From assembly GCA_039815375.1 (NCBI GenBank), contig JBCBZJ010000037.1, positions 1 through 22,459 on the forward strand: a stretch of DNA of 22,459 bases. The letters run 5' to 3'. The notes under the pieces were generated by a model. It was not told where the DNA came from, did not search any database, and worked only from the letters and a program-made list of their open reading frames with translations. Below are positions 1-9,258 of this stretch, in pieces. The number at the start of each line of letters is the position of its first letter. Positions within the stretch are counted from its first letter, which is position 1. The position numbers and the translations under genes are program-made. The stretch comes from Verrucomicrobiota bacterium (GTDB lineage: Bacteria > Verrucomicrobiota > Verrucomicrobiia > Opitutales > Coraliomargaritaceae).

Positions 1-1
1 C

Positions 2-202
2 CTTGATGATTTGCAGCAAGGTAGCTCAACACCGCTCGCGGCAGGAGACTACTCATTCTGGCTCCAGGAAACCGGTTCGACCACAGTGGACTATCAGATT
101 TCTTTTACGACGGCAGTCGTCCCCGAGCCTTCGACCTATGTAGCGCTGCTGGGTAGTGCGGCAATCGCTCTAGCTGTAGCTAGAAGACGCAAACGTCAAT
201 AA
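2..202 (+). CDS. PEP-CTERM (exosortase-target) surface protein, C-terminal fragment; starts upstream of the window
   Basis: The frame is open from base 2 and ends VVPEPSTYVALLGSAAIALAVARRRKRQ*: VPEP motif, hydrophobic helix and basic tail, the canonical PEP-CTERM sorting signal. Confidence 0.92.
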   Translation, partial: LDDLQQGSSTPLAAGDYSFWLQETGSTTVDYQISFTTAVVPEPSTYVALLGSAAIALAVARRRKRQ

Positions 203-249
203 TCAGTCCTTCTCTTGCAGGACAGGTGACTTGATCTAAAAAATCCGGC

Positions 250-1530
250 CTACACTTTAATCTTAATCTTAATGCCGCGGCGCATGAAGGTCGGCACATC
301 CAGATCTTCGTCGTTGTAAAGGTTGCGGTCGGTCTTGTCGAAATAGCCGCGCTGGGCGTTTGCATCGACAAAAAGGAATTCTTCCTGGTCGATGTCCGAA
401 GCTTTTTTCTTTTTGCGGAGTTTGGATTGATGCACCGGGCGAGGCGGCATGTCCTCCCTTGCGATTTCGGGCTCGAGATTAAGGCCTTCACTAAGGATAG
501 GTCTAACCGCGGCTTGTTCAACAGGAGCAACAGGCTGCACCGGCTTTGAGATCTCGACACCCGCTTTCCCGAGCACACAGATCTCAAGTGACTGGCTGCG
601 ACTCTCGTCGATAACGGCGCCGAAGACGATGTCTTCGCGGGAATTGAAGCGCTTGGAAACAAGGGACATGACCTCGTTGACCTTAGCAATACCGAGGTCG
701 GTGCCACCGACAATATTGACGAGGATGCGGTCGAGCTGAGCAGGACGATCGCCCATGTGGAGGAGCGGGCAGATGAAGAGATCTTCGAGAGCATCCTTAA
801 CATATTCACCGCCAGAGGCAGAACCAGTGCCGAAAACAGTGCGGCCGCCACATTCGTTGAATACGGCGCGGACGGAGCTAATGTCTTGATTGATCAGGCC
901 GGTCTTGAGGAGCATGGCACAGAGAGAGTTGACCCCACGCCCGATCCAGCGGTCGGCGATAGCAAAAGCATTGAGCACGGAGGTGTCTTCCTCACCTTCC
1001 TGTAACAGAACGTCATTTGGCAGCGGGATAAGCCCGTGGACAAGCTGGCGAAGCTCGCCGATACCTGCTTCAGCAATACTCTTGCGGCGGGTGCCTTCAA
1101 ATGAGAACGGCAGGGTGGCAAAGGCAAGGATGAGGGCGTCTGTCTTGGCTGCAACTTCGGCGACGATGGATGCAGCCGCACTTCCGGTGCCTCCTCCAAG
1201 CCCGACAACGAGAATGATGAGATCCATATCACCAAGAAGGCGGGCGATGGCATCGCGGTCGGCCTCGGCAGCCTTCTTACCAATCTCGACTTCCCCGCCC
1301 GCTCCAAGCCCACGGGTAATCGAACGCCCAATAACAAGTTTCTCCGCAATAGGTGAATTTGCCAGGGCCTGCGCATCAGTGTTGATGGCAGCAAGCTGTA
1401 CCTTTCCCGCATCACTGAGGTCGTCGAGTTTGAGGCCGTCGACTGCGTTGGTGCCCGCACCGCCAATGCCGACAATCTTAATCTTGATTTCGCCGGGCGC
1501 CGTCTGATTGGCAAATAGACTGTCTGTCAT
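250..1530 (-). CDS. ftsZ: Cell division protein FtsZ (divergent)
   Basis: [48 protein letters not shown] and the C-terminal core [10 protein letters not shown]; last gene of the dcw cluster, after ftsA. ATG at 1530 preferred over TTG at 1539. Confidence 0.97.
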   Translation of the reverse strand: MTDSLFANQTAPGEIKIKIVGIGGAGTNAVDGLKLDDLSDAGKVQLAAINTDAQALANSPIAEKLVIGRSITRGLGAGGEVEIGKKAAEADRDAIARLLGDMDLIILVVGLGGGTGSAAASIVAEVAAKTDALILAFATLPFSFEGTRRKSIAEAGIGELRQLVHGLIPLPNDVLLQEGEEDTSVLNAFAIADRWIGRGVNSLCAMLLKTGLINQDISSVRAVFNECGGRTVFGTGSASGGEYVKDALEDLFICPLLHMGDRPAQLDRILVNIVGGTDLGIAKVNEVMSLVSKRFNSREDIVFGAVIDESRSQSLEICVLGKAGVEISKPVQPVAPVEQAAVRPILSEGLNLEPEIAREDMPPRPVHQSKLRKKKKASDIDQEEFLFVDANAQRGYFDKTDRNLYNDEDLDVPTFMRRGIKIKIKV

Positions 1531-1631
1531 TTGTTCCAAAAGTGATACCTTATTAGTTTAACAAAAAGTAGCAGAGAGTAGGAAAAATGCACTCCGTTGT
1601 CTCTGTTATCTCTTGCTTAAAACGCGTCATA

Positions 1632-2846
1632 CTAGTCGAAATTCAAGAGACCGCTGAGTTTGCGAAGGATGCCGGCGGGCTTGGCGGATTGTTGTTTTTC
1701 CTCTTGCCCGGTGAGGGCGTAGTGAAGCAACCCGAGTGCGGTGCTGTATTCCGGTCTACGGAGGTCTGGGGCCACACCAAAAGGGCCTTCGGAGACACGT
1801 GCTTCCAGGCCGAGATTACGACGGGCAGATTCGTCAATACCCGTAAGCTGCGAGGTGCCGCCGGTAAGAACGACTCCGCAGGCGATATCTGCAGGCTCGT
1901 AGAGGTCGACCTCCTTCAGCTGGTCTTTGATGATGCTGAAGATCTCAGACACCCGGGCCTCAATGATCTTGGTAATGGCTTCAAGCGGGTATTCACGGTC
2001 GCCGATGGTGAGGTCGCCGATAATCCAGACCTTTTCGTCACGATCGGCACTGTCGTAAAAAGCACGGCCATTCTTGAGCTTGAACTCTTCGGCACTCTTT
2101 CTACCGACACGAAGACCGATACTGAGGTCATTGGTAATGTGGTCGCCGCCAACGGGAATAACACCGGTCTTTACAATGTAGCCCTTACGGTAGAGCACGT
2201 AGTCAGTCGTGCCACCGCCAATATCGATGACGAGTGCCCCACTCTCTTTCTCGGACTCTTCGAGTAGAACAGCACCGGAAGCGATGCTCGAAATGATCAT
2301 ATCGCTGACGTCGAGATCGATCCCGCGGATGACACGGAGGCTGTCGCTAACCGATTCGCTATTGCCATGGACGGACCAATAGCCGACCTGAAGCTGGCGA
2401 GCCTCTTTAGAGAGCGGGTTGTCGATGGGCTGCCCATCGAGCGAGAAAGGATTCTGGATGTGGTGGATATAAGTGCGACCTTTCGGAAGCTTACGGCGCT
2501 TGGCATCATCCTTGGCCTGATCGATATCGGTTTGGTGGACAACATTGTCGGATGAGCTGACATTGGCAGTGCCGACATTGAAATTGCCCTCAAGATGACT
2601 GCCGGTTTGCGCAAGATAGACTTCATCAATGCGAGAATGAGCGTCCTTCTCGGCCTGCATGATAGCGGCATGCACGCAGTCGCTGGCGCTGTTAAGGTCA
2701 TCAATCTGGCCCTTCTTGACCCCCTTTGAGGAGCAAACGCTATGGCCGATGATATTGAGACCTTCACTGTCGATGATTTCACCGAGCAGGACTGCCACTT
2801 TAGAGGTCCCGATTTCAACGGCGCCAACTACTCTGGATTCACTCAT
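1632..2846 (-). CDS. ftsA: Cell division protein FtsA
   Basis: [40 protein letters not shown] and a C-terminal amphipathic helix ([10 protein letters not shown]); lies between ftsQ and ftsZ. Confidence 0.97.
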   Translation of the reverse strand: MSESRVVGAVEIGTSKVAVLLGEIIDSEGLNIIGHSVCSSKGVKKGQIDDLNSASDCVHAAIMQAEKDAHSRIDEVYLAQTGSHLEGNFNVGTANVSSSDNVVHQTDIDQAKDDAKRRKLPKGRTYIHHIQNPFSLDGQPIDNPLSKEARQLQVGYWSVHGNSESVSDSLRVIRGIDLDVSDMIISSIASGAVLLEESEKESGALVIDIGGGTTDYVLYRKGYIVKTGVIPVGGDHITNDLSIGLRVGRKSAEEFKLKNGRAFYDSADRDEKVWIIGDLTIGDREYPLEAITKIIEARVSEIFSIIKDQLKEVDLYEPADIACGVVLTGGTSQLTGIDESARRNLGLEARVSEGPFGVAPDLRRPEYSTALGLLHYALTGQEEKQQSAKPAGILRKLSGLLNFD

Positions 2847-2878
2847 TCAGGCAGGATGGTAGGTTGAAAAAATCATCT

Positions 2879-3814
2879 TTAAAATGTGCTAACGCGGCCA
2901 CTTGTAAACTGCACGGCCGCGGAGCCGCGTAAAGAAAGATCGATGCGTTTGAGCGATGGATTTCCTCGTGCCCGCACGTAGTCGAGAATAACTTTAAGCC
3001 GGTCAAGTTGCTGGCTGAAATCGGTGGAAGCACCGAAGATAACACGTGGCACATAGCTGCTGCGCACCTCGATGACTTCGCCGGGCATGTCCGCATAGCC
3101 GGAATAATGCTGAAGAGAAATAACTTTCCAGGTCTTGTAGAACTCGGGCTGCTCTTGGCGCCCCGCAGAGAGAAGATCATCCACACGCTCGATGCCGCGC
3201 ATGGGACGAACACTCCCATCACTGTGCAGATAGGGCTGAACAAAAGGGAGACGATCGAGATCGGCTTTCGAATAGCCGATACCCTGGTAAATACTACCGT
3301 CGCGGGCGACAACACGCTGTTCAACTTTTCCATTCGAGCCGGGAACTGCAATGCGCAGAACGGGGATGTGCTCCTCAATAGTGATTTTCAATGCGCTGGG
3401 GAAAACACGTTCAACAGAAGCACGCACCACCTGAGCCTGCCCCTCGAGGGACTGTTTCATCGCATGGATGTCGACCTCCATCATCGTAGTGCCTTTGTCT
3501 AGCTTAAGGACTGTGCCAAGCCACTTGTTCGGCAACACACCATCGGTCTCAAACATGATCTGCGAAATCTCCTTCGACGGGGTGCTGATCTGAATAGGTC
3601 TCTCCCGTTCCTTAAGGAGAGTGCTGGTCCAGATGCCGAGGCTGATGAGCAAGAGCAGGGCCAAGAAGGCACCAAGCAACTTGAAGATCCTGGCCTGTCG
3701 GCGCTTCTTCGCCTGGGGAGAATTGACGCGCTTTCTTCTCGGACCCGCAAGTTCACGCCAACTCTGCGATCCACTTGCCGAGCTACTGCCTTTGCCTTTG
3801 CCACCGCGGATCAT
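2879..3814 (-). CDS. ftsQ: Cell division protein FtsQ/DivIB (POTRA domain)
   Basis: Basic cytoplasmic N-terminus, one TM helix, POTRA-type ASVERVFPSALKITIEEHIP and C-terminal IDLSLR; between ddl and ftsA, with an ATGA overlap with the ddl stop. Confidence 0.85.
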   Translation of the reverse strand: MIRGGKGKGSSSASGSQSWRELAGPRRKRVNSPQAKKRRQARIFKLLGAFLALLLLISLGIWTSTLLKERERPIQISTPSKEISQIMFETDGVLPNKWLGTVLKLDKGTTMMEVDIHAMKQSLEGQAQVVRASVERVFPSALKITIEEHIPVLRIAVPGSNGKVEQRVVARDGSIYQGIGYSKADLDRLPFVQPYLHSDGSVRPMRGIERVDDLLSAGRQEQPEFYKTWKVISLQHYSGYADMPGEVIEVRSSYVPRVIFGASTDFSQQLDRLKVILDYVRARGNPSLKRIDLSLRGSAAVQFTSGRVSTF

Positions 3815-4743
3815 TGACCATCCTTTCCTTCGAAGCGCGCAATGGCTGGTGCGACGAGCTCGGCAACGAGCGATTCAAAATCGAAACCGACACAGGACGC
3901 ACTTTTCGGTAAAAGGCTCGTGGCGGTCATCCCAGGCAATGTATTCACTTCGAGTAAATAGGGCTGTTTCCCGTTCAGAAGAAAATCAACACGTGCAAAG
4001 TCACGACAGCCGGACGCATCAAAGATACGCTTTGCATGATCCTTCACTTTCGCTTCGACGGCATCATCCAGTTCTGCCGGATAAACGTATTCGGACATAC
4101 CCGAAGTATACTTGGCCTTGTAGTCGTAAACACCAGTAGAACTGATGATTTCTACAACCCCCATGGCAACCCCATTGAGGATACCGACAGTGAGTTCTCG
4201 TCCACGCACACGCTGCTCAACCATCCAATTGCCCGAGTGGATCTGGGAGAGTGCAATACCGAGTTGCGAACGGTGCTCGGCGAAACTGAGACCAACGCTA
4301 CTGCCTTGATCCGAAGGCTTAACAACAAGAGAAGCACCAAGTTGCTCAATAATGTCATCTGCCAGAGGAACATCAGACCCTTCGAAATAAATCGCTTCCG
4401 GGGTCGGCACATTCACTTCTTGCGCAAGGGCCTTCGTCTCAGCTTTATCCATGCAGAGACGGCTGGATTTCGCGTCGCTGCCACAGTAGGCAATGTTGGC
4501 CTCTTCGAGGAGGGCCTGCAATTGACCATCCTCACCGAAGGTCCCATGTAAGGCAGAGAAAACAACTTTGTCTCCTGAAAGAAGCGATTCAGGAAGAGCC
4601 GCCTCATTCACTTCGAAACACTCCACCCGGAAAGCCTTTGAAAGAGCGTCTGAAATTGCCTGGCCACTCGCAATAGAGACTTCTCGCTCCGCGCTAACGC
4701 CACCATAGAGAACTGTAATGGTCGGAGAATCAGGCATCTGCAT
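3811..4743 (-). CDS. ddl: D-alanine--D-alanine ligase
   Basis: GGVSAEREVS, LHGTFGEDG, KPSDQGSSVG, YDYKAKY (Tyr omega loop, D-Ala-D-Ala type), RVDF and EVNTLPGMT. Confidence 0.97.
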   Translation of the reverse strand: MQMPDSPTITVLYGGVSAEREVSIASGQAISDALSKAFRVECFEVNEAALPESLLSGDKVVFSALHGTFGEDGQLQALLEEANIAYCGSDAKSSRLCMDKAETKALAQEVNVPTPEAIYFEGSDVPLADDIIEQLGASLVVKPSDQGSSVGLSFAEHRSQLGIALSQIHSGNWMVEQRVRGRELTVGILNGVAMGVVEIISSTGVYDYKAKYTSGMSEYVYPAELDDAVEAKVKDHAKRIFDASGCRDFARVDFLLNGKQPYLLEVNTLPGMTATSLLPKSASCVGFDFESLVAELVAPAIARFEGKDGQ

Positions 4744-6949
4744 CCTCCCTCAGAACATCCGACCAATTTCGTCCTACAAGCAGAACCTCTGGTTCCAATT
4801 CATAACCGGAATCGGCCTTTACCCTGGCACGGACCTGGCGAACAAGTTCAATCACATCTGCGGCAGTTGCCCCACCCTGATTGACGATGAAATTGCCATG
4901 CACAGCCGAAACCTCAGCCGCGCCCACACAAAGGCCTTTCAGACCGTGCTCGTCGATCAGTTTGCCGGCATACGTGCCCTCCGGATTCTTGAAAATACAA
5001 CCTGCGCTCGGTCCCCTCGGCTGACTTTCCTTCCGTGAATTCGAGTAGGTGTCGATCCGGTCGCGGATGCAGGACTCCTCATCAGACTTGGGTGCTTTAA
5101 GGATCGCACCAAGTGCGATGCCGCGGCTGATTTCCTCAACACGTCGATACCCGAAGTGAAAGCTCTCTTTGGGTAGATCCTGATAAAAGCCATGCTCGTC
5201 GATAAACTGGACCCGCTCGACCACATCAAACATCCAACTGCCCATGGCACCGGCATTCATCCGAAGCGCACCACCTATGGAGCCCGGAATACCTTCGAGG
5301 AATTCAAATCCAGCTAAGCCGGTCTTTGCCGCAAAACCACAGATTTCTTTCAAACGTCCGCCTGCTGCAGCCCAAATTCGACCGTCGCCAAGCGCCTCGA
5401 CACGCCGCCAGTTTTCCGATGAAAACCGGATGATCAAACCGTCAAAACCCTCATCTGCAACCAGAAGATTCGAGCCTCTGCCAATAGAAAAGTAGTCTAT
5501 ATCAAAAAGGTTGGAAGCCCGCAAAAGCTCCTGCAAATCCGAGAAATTTGTCGGCTCGGCATAGACACGTGCCGGACCTCCGATACGCATCGTCGTCTTC
5601 TTCGCAAGCGGTTCTCCGAGGCTTAATTTGGCTTCAGCTGAAAGTCTTCCCTTCAGGAAATTCAGACATGCCGCATCCAGACTGTGAGGCTCCTTAAGCA
5701 TCGATGCACAAGCTGCCGCGAAGTCCTCAATATCGCCCGCTCCAACAAAAGCCAGAAGTGTGGCTTCACTCTGCAGTTCGTCAAAGATCCGTTTTAGACT
5801 CGGGAGATCCATGTTAAGAATCTCAGGCCTAGCACCCGTAAAAGCATCCGCCAAATCGTGTGCACTCCCCCCTTCAACAAGAGGTTCATGGGCTGCATAA
5901 ACGGGCAAAAGGTAGCAGGTGTCCGCTTGCGAGAGTGTGGTAACAAAACCTTCCTTGAATTGTTTCGTCCGGCTGTAACGATGCGGCTGAAAAACGACGA
6001 GTAAGCGACGCTTCCCTGCACTCCGGCGTAGACTTTTGAGCAGCGCAGCAATCTCAGTCGGATGGTGAGCATAATCTTCGACAAGTTTCACCGTATCGGA
6101 TTCGAAAAGGACAGACTGTCGCCTTGCCATACCCGGGAATCCAGACAGTGGATCGTCAGGCAAGTCATCTATGAAACAGTTCAGGACTTGCATCGCTGCA
6201 TACGCATTGGAGTCGTTGAAGTGATTCACAGCCGAGGCAAGTTCAGCGATACCATAGTTCAGAACTTTACCTTCATCTAAACCGGACAGCGACAGAGCTT
6301 CCGGTAAAAACACTCTTTGTTTCGTCCTGTTTGCGACCCCGATAAACGCACGCTCGAGTGCAGCCGCCTCGGAATAGTGATCGGCATGATCCCAATCAAT
6401 GTTTAAGATGAGCGTATGCTCAGGACAGAAATGCTCGATCGTGCCATCACTCTCGTCAATCTCCGCCACCAGCCACGGACTGTCCGTATACCCAGCCGGT
6501 GGAAGTTCAGAGTCCGCAAAAAGGCCACCAACGATGTAATTCGCCTTTATACCACATTGCTGCATCCCGTAGGCAATCATGCCGGCAGTCGTAGTTTTGC
6601 CATGGCTACCAATCACTGCGATCAATTTAAAATCCTGCGTAACACGCGCAAGCATCTCTCCCCGGCGGAGACATTCGAGCCCGGCTGCCTTCGCTGCATC
6701 CAGAAGTGGATGGCCGTCACGCACCGCAGAAGAATAAACAACGGTGGTGTAGTCATCTAATTGCCGGGGAAAGACGAAATCGCGAAGAGACACCCCGCTA
6801 GCAGATAGGTGTTTGCGCACACCTTCCTGAAGATTCGAATCGTATCCAGTTATTGAATACCCAGCCTTCGACATCCAAAAAGCAAGAGGCGCCATACCCA
6901 TGCCACCAACTCCAAGAAAGAGGTATTTTTCTGCTGAAGGCCCCGTCAC
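4730..6949 (-). CDS. murC-murB: Bifunctional MurC (UDP-MurNAc:L-Ala ligase, N-terminal) - MurB (UDP-N-acetylenolpyruvylglucosamine reductase, C-terminal) fusion
   Basis: MurC motifs GVGGMGM, GSHGKTTT, EIDESD, DHAD, DYAHHPTEI, FQPHRYSRT. MurB motifs TTMRIGGPA, GRGSNLL, GIPGSIGGALRMNAGA, SAGCIFKNP, HGNFIVN, LEPEV. One uninterrupted 739-aa ORF whose GTG start overlaps the murG stop. Confidence 0.95.
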   Translation of the reverse strand: MTGPSAEKYLFLGVGGMGMAPLAFWMSKAGYSITGYDSNLQEGVRKHLSASGVSLRDFVFPRQLDDYTTVVYSSAVRDGHPLLDAAKAAGLECLRRGEMLARVTQDFKLIAVIGSHGKTTTAGMIAYGMQQCGIKANYIVGGLFADSELPPAGYTDSPWLVAEIDESDGTIEHFCPEHTLILNIDWDHADHYSEAAALERAFIGVANRTKQRVFLPEALSLSGLDEGKVLNYGIAELASAVNHFNDSNAYAAMQVLNCFIDDLPDDPLSGFPGMARRQSVLFESDTVKLVEDYAHHPTEIAALLKSLRRSAGKRRLLVVFQPHRYSRTKQFKEGFVTTLSQADTCYLLPVYAAHEPLVEGGSAHDLADAFTGARPEILNMDLPSLKRIFDELQSEATLLAFVGAGDIEDFAAACASMLKEPHSLDAACLNFLKGRLSAEAKLSLGEPLAKKTTMRIGGPARVYAEPTNFSDLQELLRASNLFDIDYFSIGRGSNLLVADEGFDGLIIRFSSENWRRVEALGDGRIWAAAGGRLKEICGFAAKTGLAGFEFLEGIPGSIGGALRMNAGAMGSWMFDVVERVQFIDEHGFYQDLPKESFHFGYRRVEEISRGIALGAILKAPKSDEESCIRDRIDTYSNSRKESQPRGPSAGCIFKNPEGTYAGKLIDEHGLKGLCVGAAEVSAVHGNFIVNQGGATAADVIELVRQVRARVKADSGYELEPEVLLVGRNWSDVLREDADA

Positions 6950-8073
6950 AGCGCAACCCCCAGTTCAGCAGCTTTGCGCTCGGCGTAAGCTTCACAGAGC
7001 ATTTCAAGATCATCGGCAATTCGTTCACTTGAGTTGAATCGGTCGAGACGCTCCAGATTAACTTTGAATTTGGAAAGTAACCAGTCATTGAATATTAATT
7101 CTAGCACTTCCGAACTGAGCTCGCTAATGCGATTCTGCTCGAGAGCCATGCCCGCACCTCGTTGCTCATGTAGACGCGCATTAGCCCGCTGATGATCATC
7201 TGCCGCGTAGGGATAAGGAATCAAAATCGAAGGTGCCCGGCAACGGATCAACTCGGCGATGGAGCCTGCCCCCGCACGTGAAATCACGAGATCCGCTGCA
7301 GAAATGACGTCCCCCATCTTGTCAGAAAAAGGAACCAGAGTAGCCGTCATTTCGATACCGTTGTGTGAGACTTCACGTATCGTGCTGCTTGAGCTGTTAC
7401 CCAGACCAGTCACGCAGTAGATGGATATTCCGGATTTCGCAAGTTGCTCAAAATTCTGGACGACCCAATCATTCAGAGCGGTCGCTCCCTGACTACCTCC
7501 AATCACGACCAACAACTTGTTCGCAACCTTGATCCCAAGCTTTTGGCAGGCTTCCGGCTTCAGGGTATGCTTGATCTCACTGCGCACCGGATAGCCGTAA
7601 TAGCGAACCAATGCCGGCGGAACACCTTTAAGGCGCACGCCCTCAGGCAGATAGATTCGCGTAGCCAAATGCCGCATGACACGGATAGAACGACCGGGCA
7701 CGGCGTTAGCCTCGTGCATGGCAACAGGTATGCCGCTAATCCGCGCCGCCAGACCAAGCCCGAGCGAAAGGAATCCACCGAAAAGCAGGACAAGCTCGGG
7801 GGCCTCTTCTTTTAAGAGCTTGCGGGCAAAAAACACGCTTGAAAACAAACTACCAATAAAAGCGAGGCGATCGATCAGACCACCAGCGAATGCGCGCCCC
7901 GGCATTTTCATGAAAGTCAGATGCTTGTATTTTTCGACAAGCGTCGAATCGACCTGTTTTTTACTAATCAGCAACTGGCATTCATGTCCACGGCTCTGAA
8001 GGACCTCGGCCACGGCAATGCCTGGAGCAAGGTGACCACCAGTGCCACCACATGCGATAATGATCTTACTCAC
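6946..8073 (-). CDS. murG: Undecaprenyl-PP-MurNAc-pentapeptide GlcNAc transferase MurG
   Basis: GGTGGHLAPG, HEANAVPG, GGSQGA, RAGAGSIAE, DHQRANA; GTGA overlap with the ftsW stop. Confidence 0.97.
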   Translation of the reverse strand: MSKIIIACGGTGGHLAPGIAVAEVLQSRGHECQLLISKKQVDSTLVEKYKHLTFMKMPGRAFAGGLIDRLAFIGSLFSSVFFARKLLKEEAPELVLLFGGFLSLGLGLAARISGIPVAMHEANAVPGRSIRVMRHLATRIYLPEGVRLKGVPPALVRYYGYPVRSEIKHTLKPEACQKLGIKVANKLLVVIGGSQGATALNDWVVQNFEQLAKSGISIYCVTGLGNSSSSTIREVSHNGIEMTATLVPFSDKMGDVISAADLVISRAGAGSIAELIRCRAPSILIPYPYAADDHQRANARLHEQRGAGMALEQNRISELSSEVLELIFNDWLLSKFKVNLERLDRFNSSERIADDLEMLCEAYAERKAAELGVAL

Positions 8074-9212
8074 AATTCACGCTGCCCCCTCAGCACCGGC
8101 ATTTCCCAAGTCCGAAAGCCGTTGAGAATAATACCTGTAAGCGTAAACATGAGAACGAGGTTGGAACCTCCGTAAGATATAAAGGGTAAGGACATCCCCT
8201 TCGTCGGGAGGCTGCCGGTGACAACACCTATATTTATCAGCGCTTGAAAAGTTATGAATAGCAGTGCTCCCATCACGAGTAGGTATTGGTAAAGATTCGG
8301 GGCACGGCGAAGCTGCAGGACACCGATAAAGAAAAGCGTCATGTAAAGCAGCACAACACCAGCGGTGAAGATGAAACCTAGCTCCTCGGCAACAATCGCA
8401 AAGATAAAATCGGTATGGGCTTCCGGCAGGAAAGACATTTGCTGGCGCCCTGCACCAAGCCCGACTCCGTGTAGACCACCTGCACCGAATGCAAGGATAC
8501 CTTGCCACAATTGATAAGCGCTATCCCCACGATTCCCTTCGACATCGAGAAAGGAAGTGATGCGCTGCAAACGCACCGGATCATGGTAAACCATAACCGA
8601 AAAGGCGGCAAGTGCAGCGATACCGGTCGGAATGAGAAATTTCAAACGGATACCCCCGAGGAACATCATAACTCCGCCCACTGCACCACAGAGAAAAGCA
8701 GTTCCAAAATCAGGCTCGATGATGATCAGTCCGCAGAAAACTGCGAGGATGCCGCAGGGCACAAAATAGCCTTTCAATATGTTGTCCAGATTGCGCCGGT
8801 TCATCGCAAGGTAATGTGCAAGAACGAAGAGTAAGCCGAGCTTCCCGATTTCGGAGACCTGAAGACGCATGAAGCCGAACTCCATCCAACGCTGAGCACC
8901 GTTAACGCGAACACCGACCCCGGGAACAAGAACGAGGACGAGCAAGAGCACCGCGCCACCGCCAAGAATGAATGCGTAACTACGCAAAGCTTCGAGATTA
9001 ACAATCAATGCAATAATACCGGAAAAACTGGCGATAACCAACCAGATGAGCTGCTTCCGAAGAAGTGTGGTCGGATCCTCATGCATCGATTGCGATGCAC
9101 TGAACAAAACGACGAGCCCCAGAAAAGTCAGTGCTACGACGATCAGGCCAAGAAAGAAGCCGACAGACGGAATATGCTTCAGGGGGTTACGCGAGATCAG
9201 CGGGGCGCTCAT
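8070..9212 (-). CDS. ftsW: SEDS peptidoglycan glycosyltransferase FtsW
   Basis: Multi-TM protein with GAQRW, QVSEIGK, EPDFGT, LPEAHTDFIFA and PFISYGGS; directly upstream of murG. ATG at 9212 preferred; the ORF is open to 9224. Confidence 0.95.
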   Translation of the reverse strand: MSAPLISRNPLKHIPSVGFFLGLIVVALTFLGLVVLFSASQSMHEDPTTLLRKQLIWLVIASFSGIIALIVNLEALRSYAFILGGGAVLLLVLVLVPGVGVRVNGAQRWMEFGFMRLQVSEIGKLGLLFVLAHYLAMNRRNLDNILKGYFVPCGILAVFCGLIIIEPDFGTAFLCGAVGGVMMFLGGIRLKFLIPTGIAALAAFSVMVYHDPVRLQRITSFLDVEGNRGDSAYQLWQGILAFGAGGLHGVGLGAGRQQMSFLPEAHTDFIFAIVAEELGFIFTAGVVLLYMTLFFIGVLQLRRAPNLYQYLLVMGALLFITFQALINIGVVTGSLPTKGMSLPFISYGGSNLVLMFTLTGIILNGFRTWEMPVLRGQREL

Positions 9213-9258
9213 CCTGGGCAACACTCGTATCTATATGGCTAGCTAAGTTTTAGCCCGC

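Noticed and set aside
206..223. GTCCT...AGGAC hairpin between the convergent PEP-CTERM gene and ftsZ, as a terminator
   Set aside because: Only a 5-bp stem with no adjacent U-tract; too weak to call.
180..2267. ORFs 180-851(-), 890-1507(+), 894-1514(-) and 1587-2267(+)
   Set aside because: Alternative-frame or antisense overlaps of ftsZ and ftsA, with no recognisable protein features.
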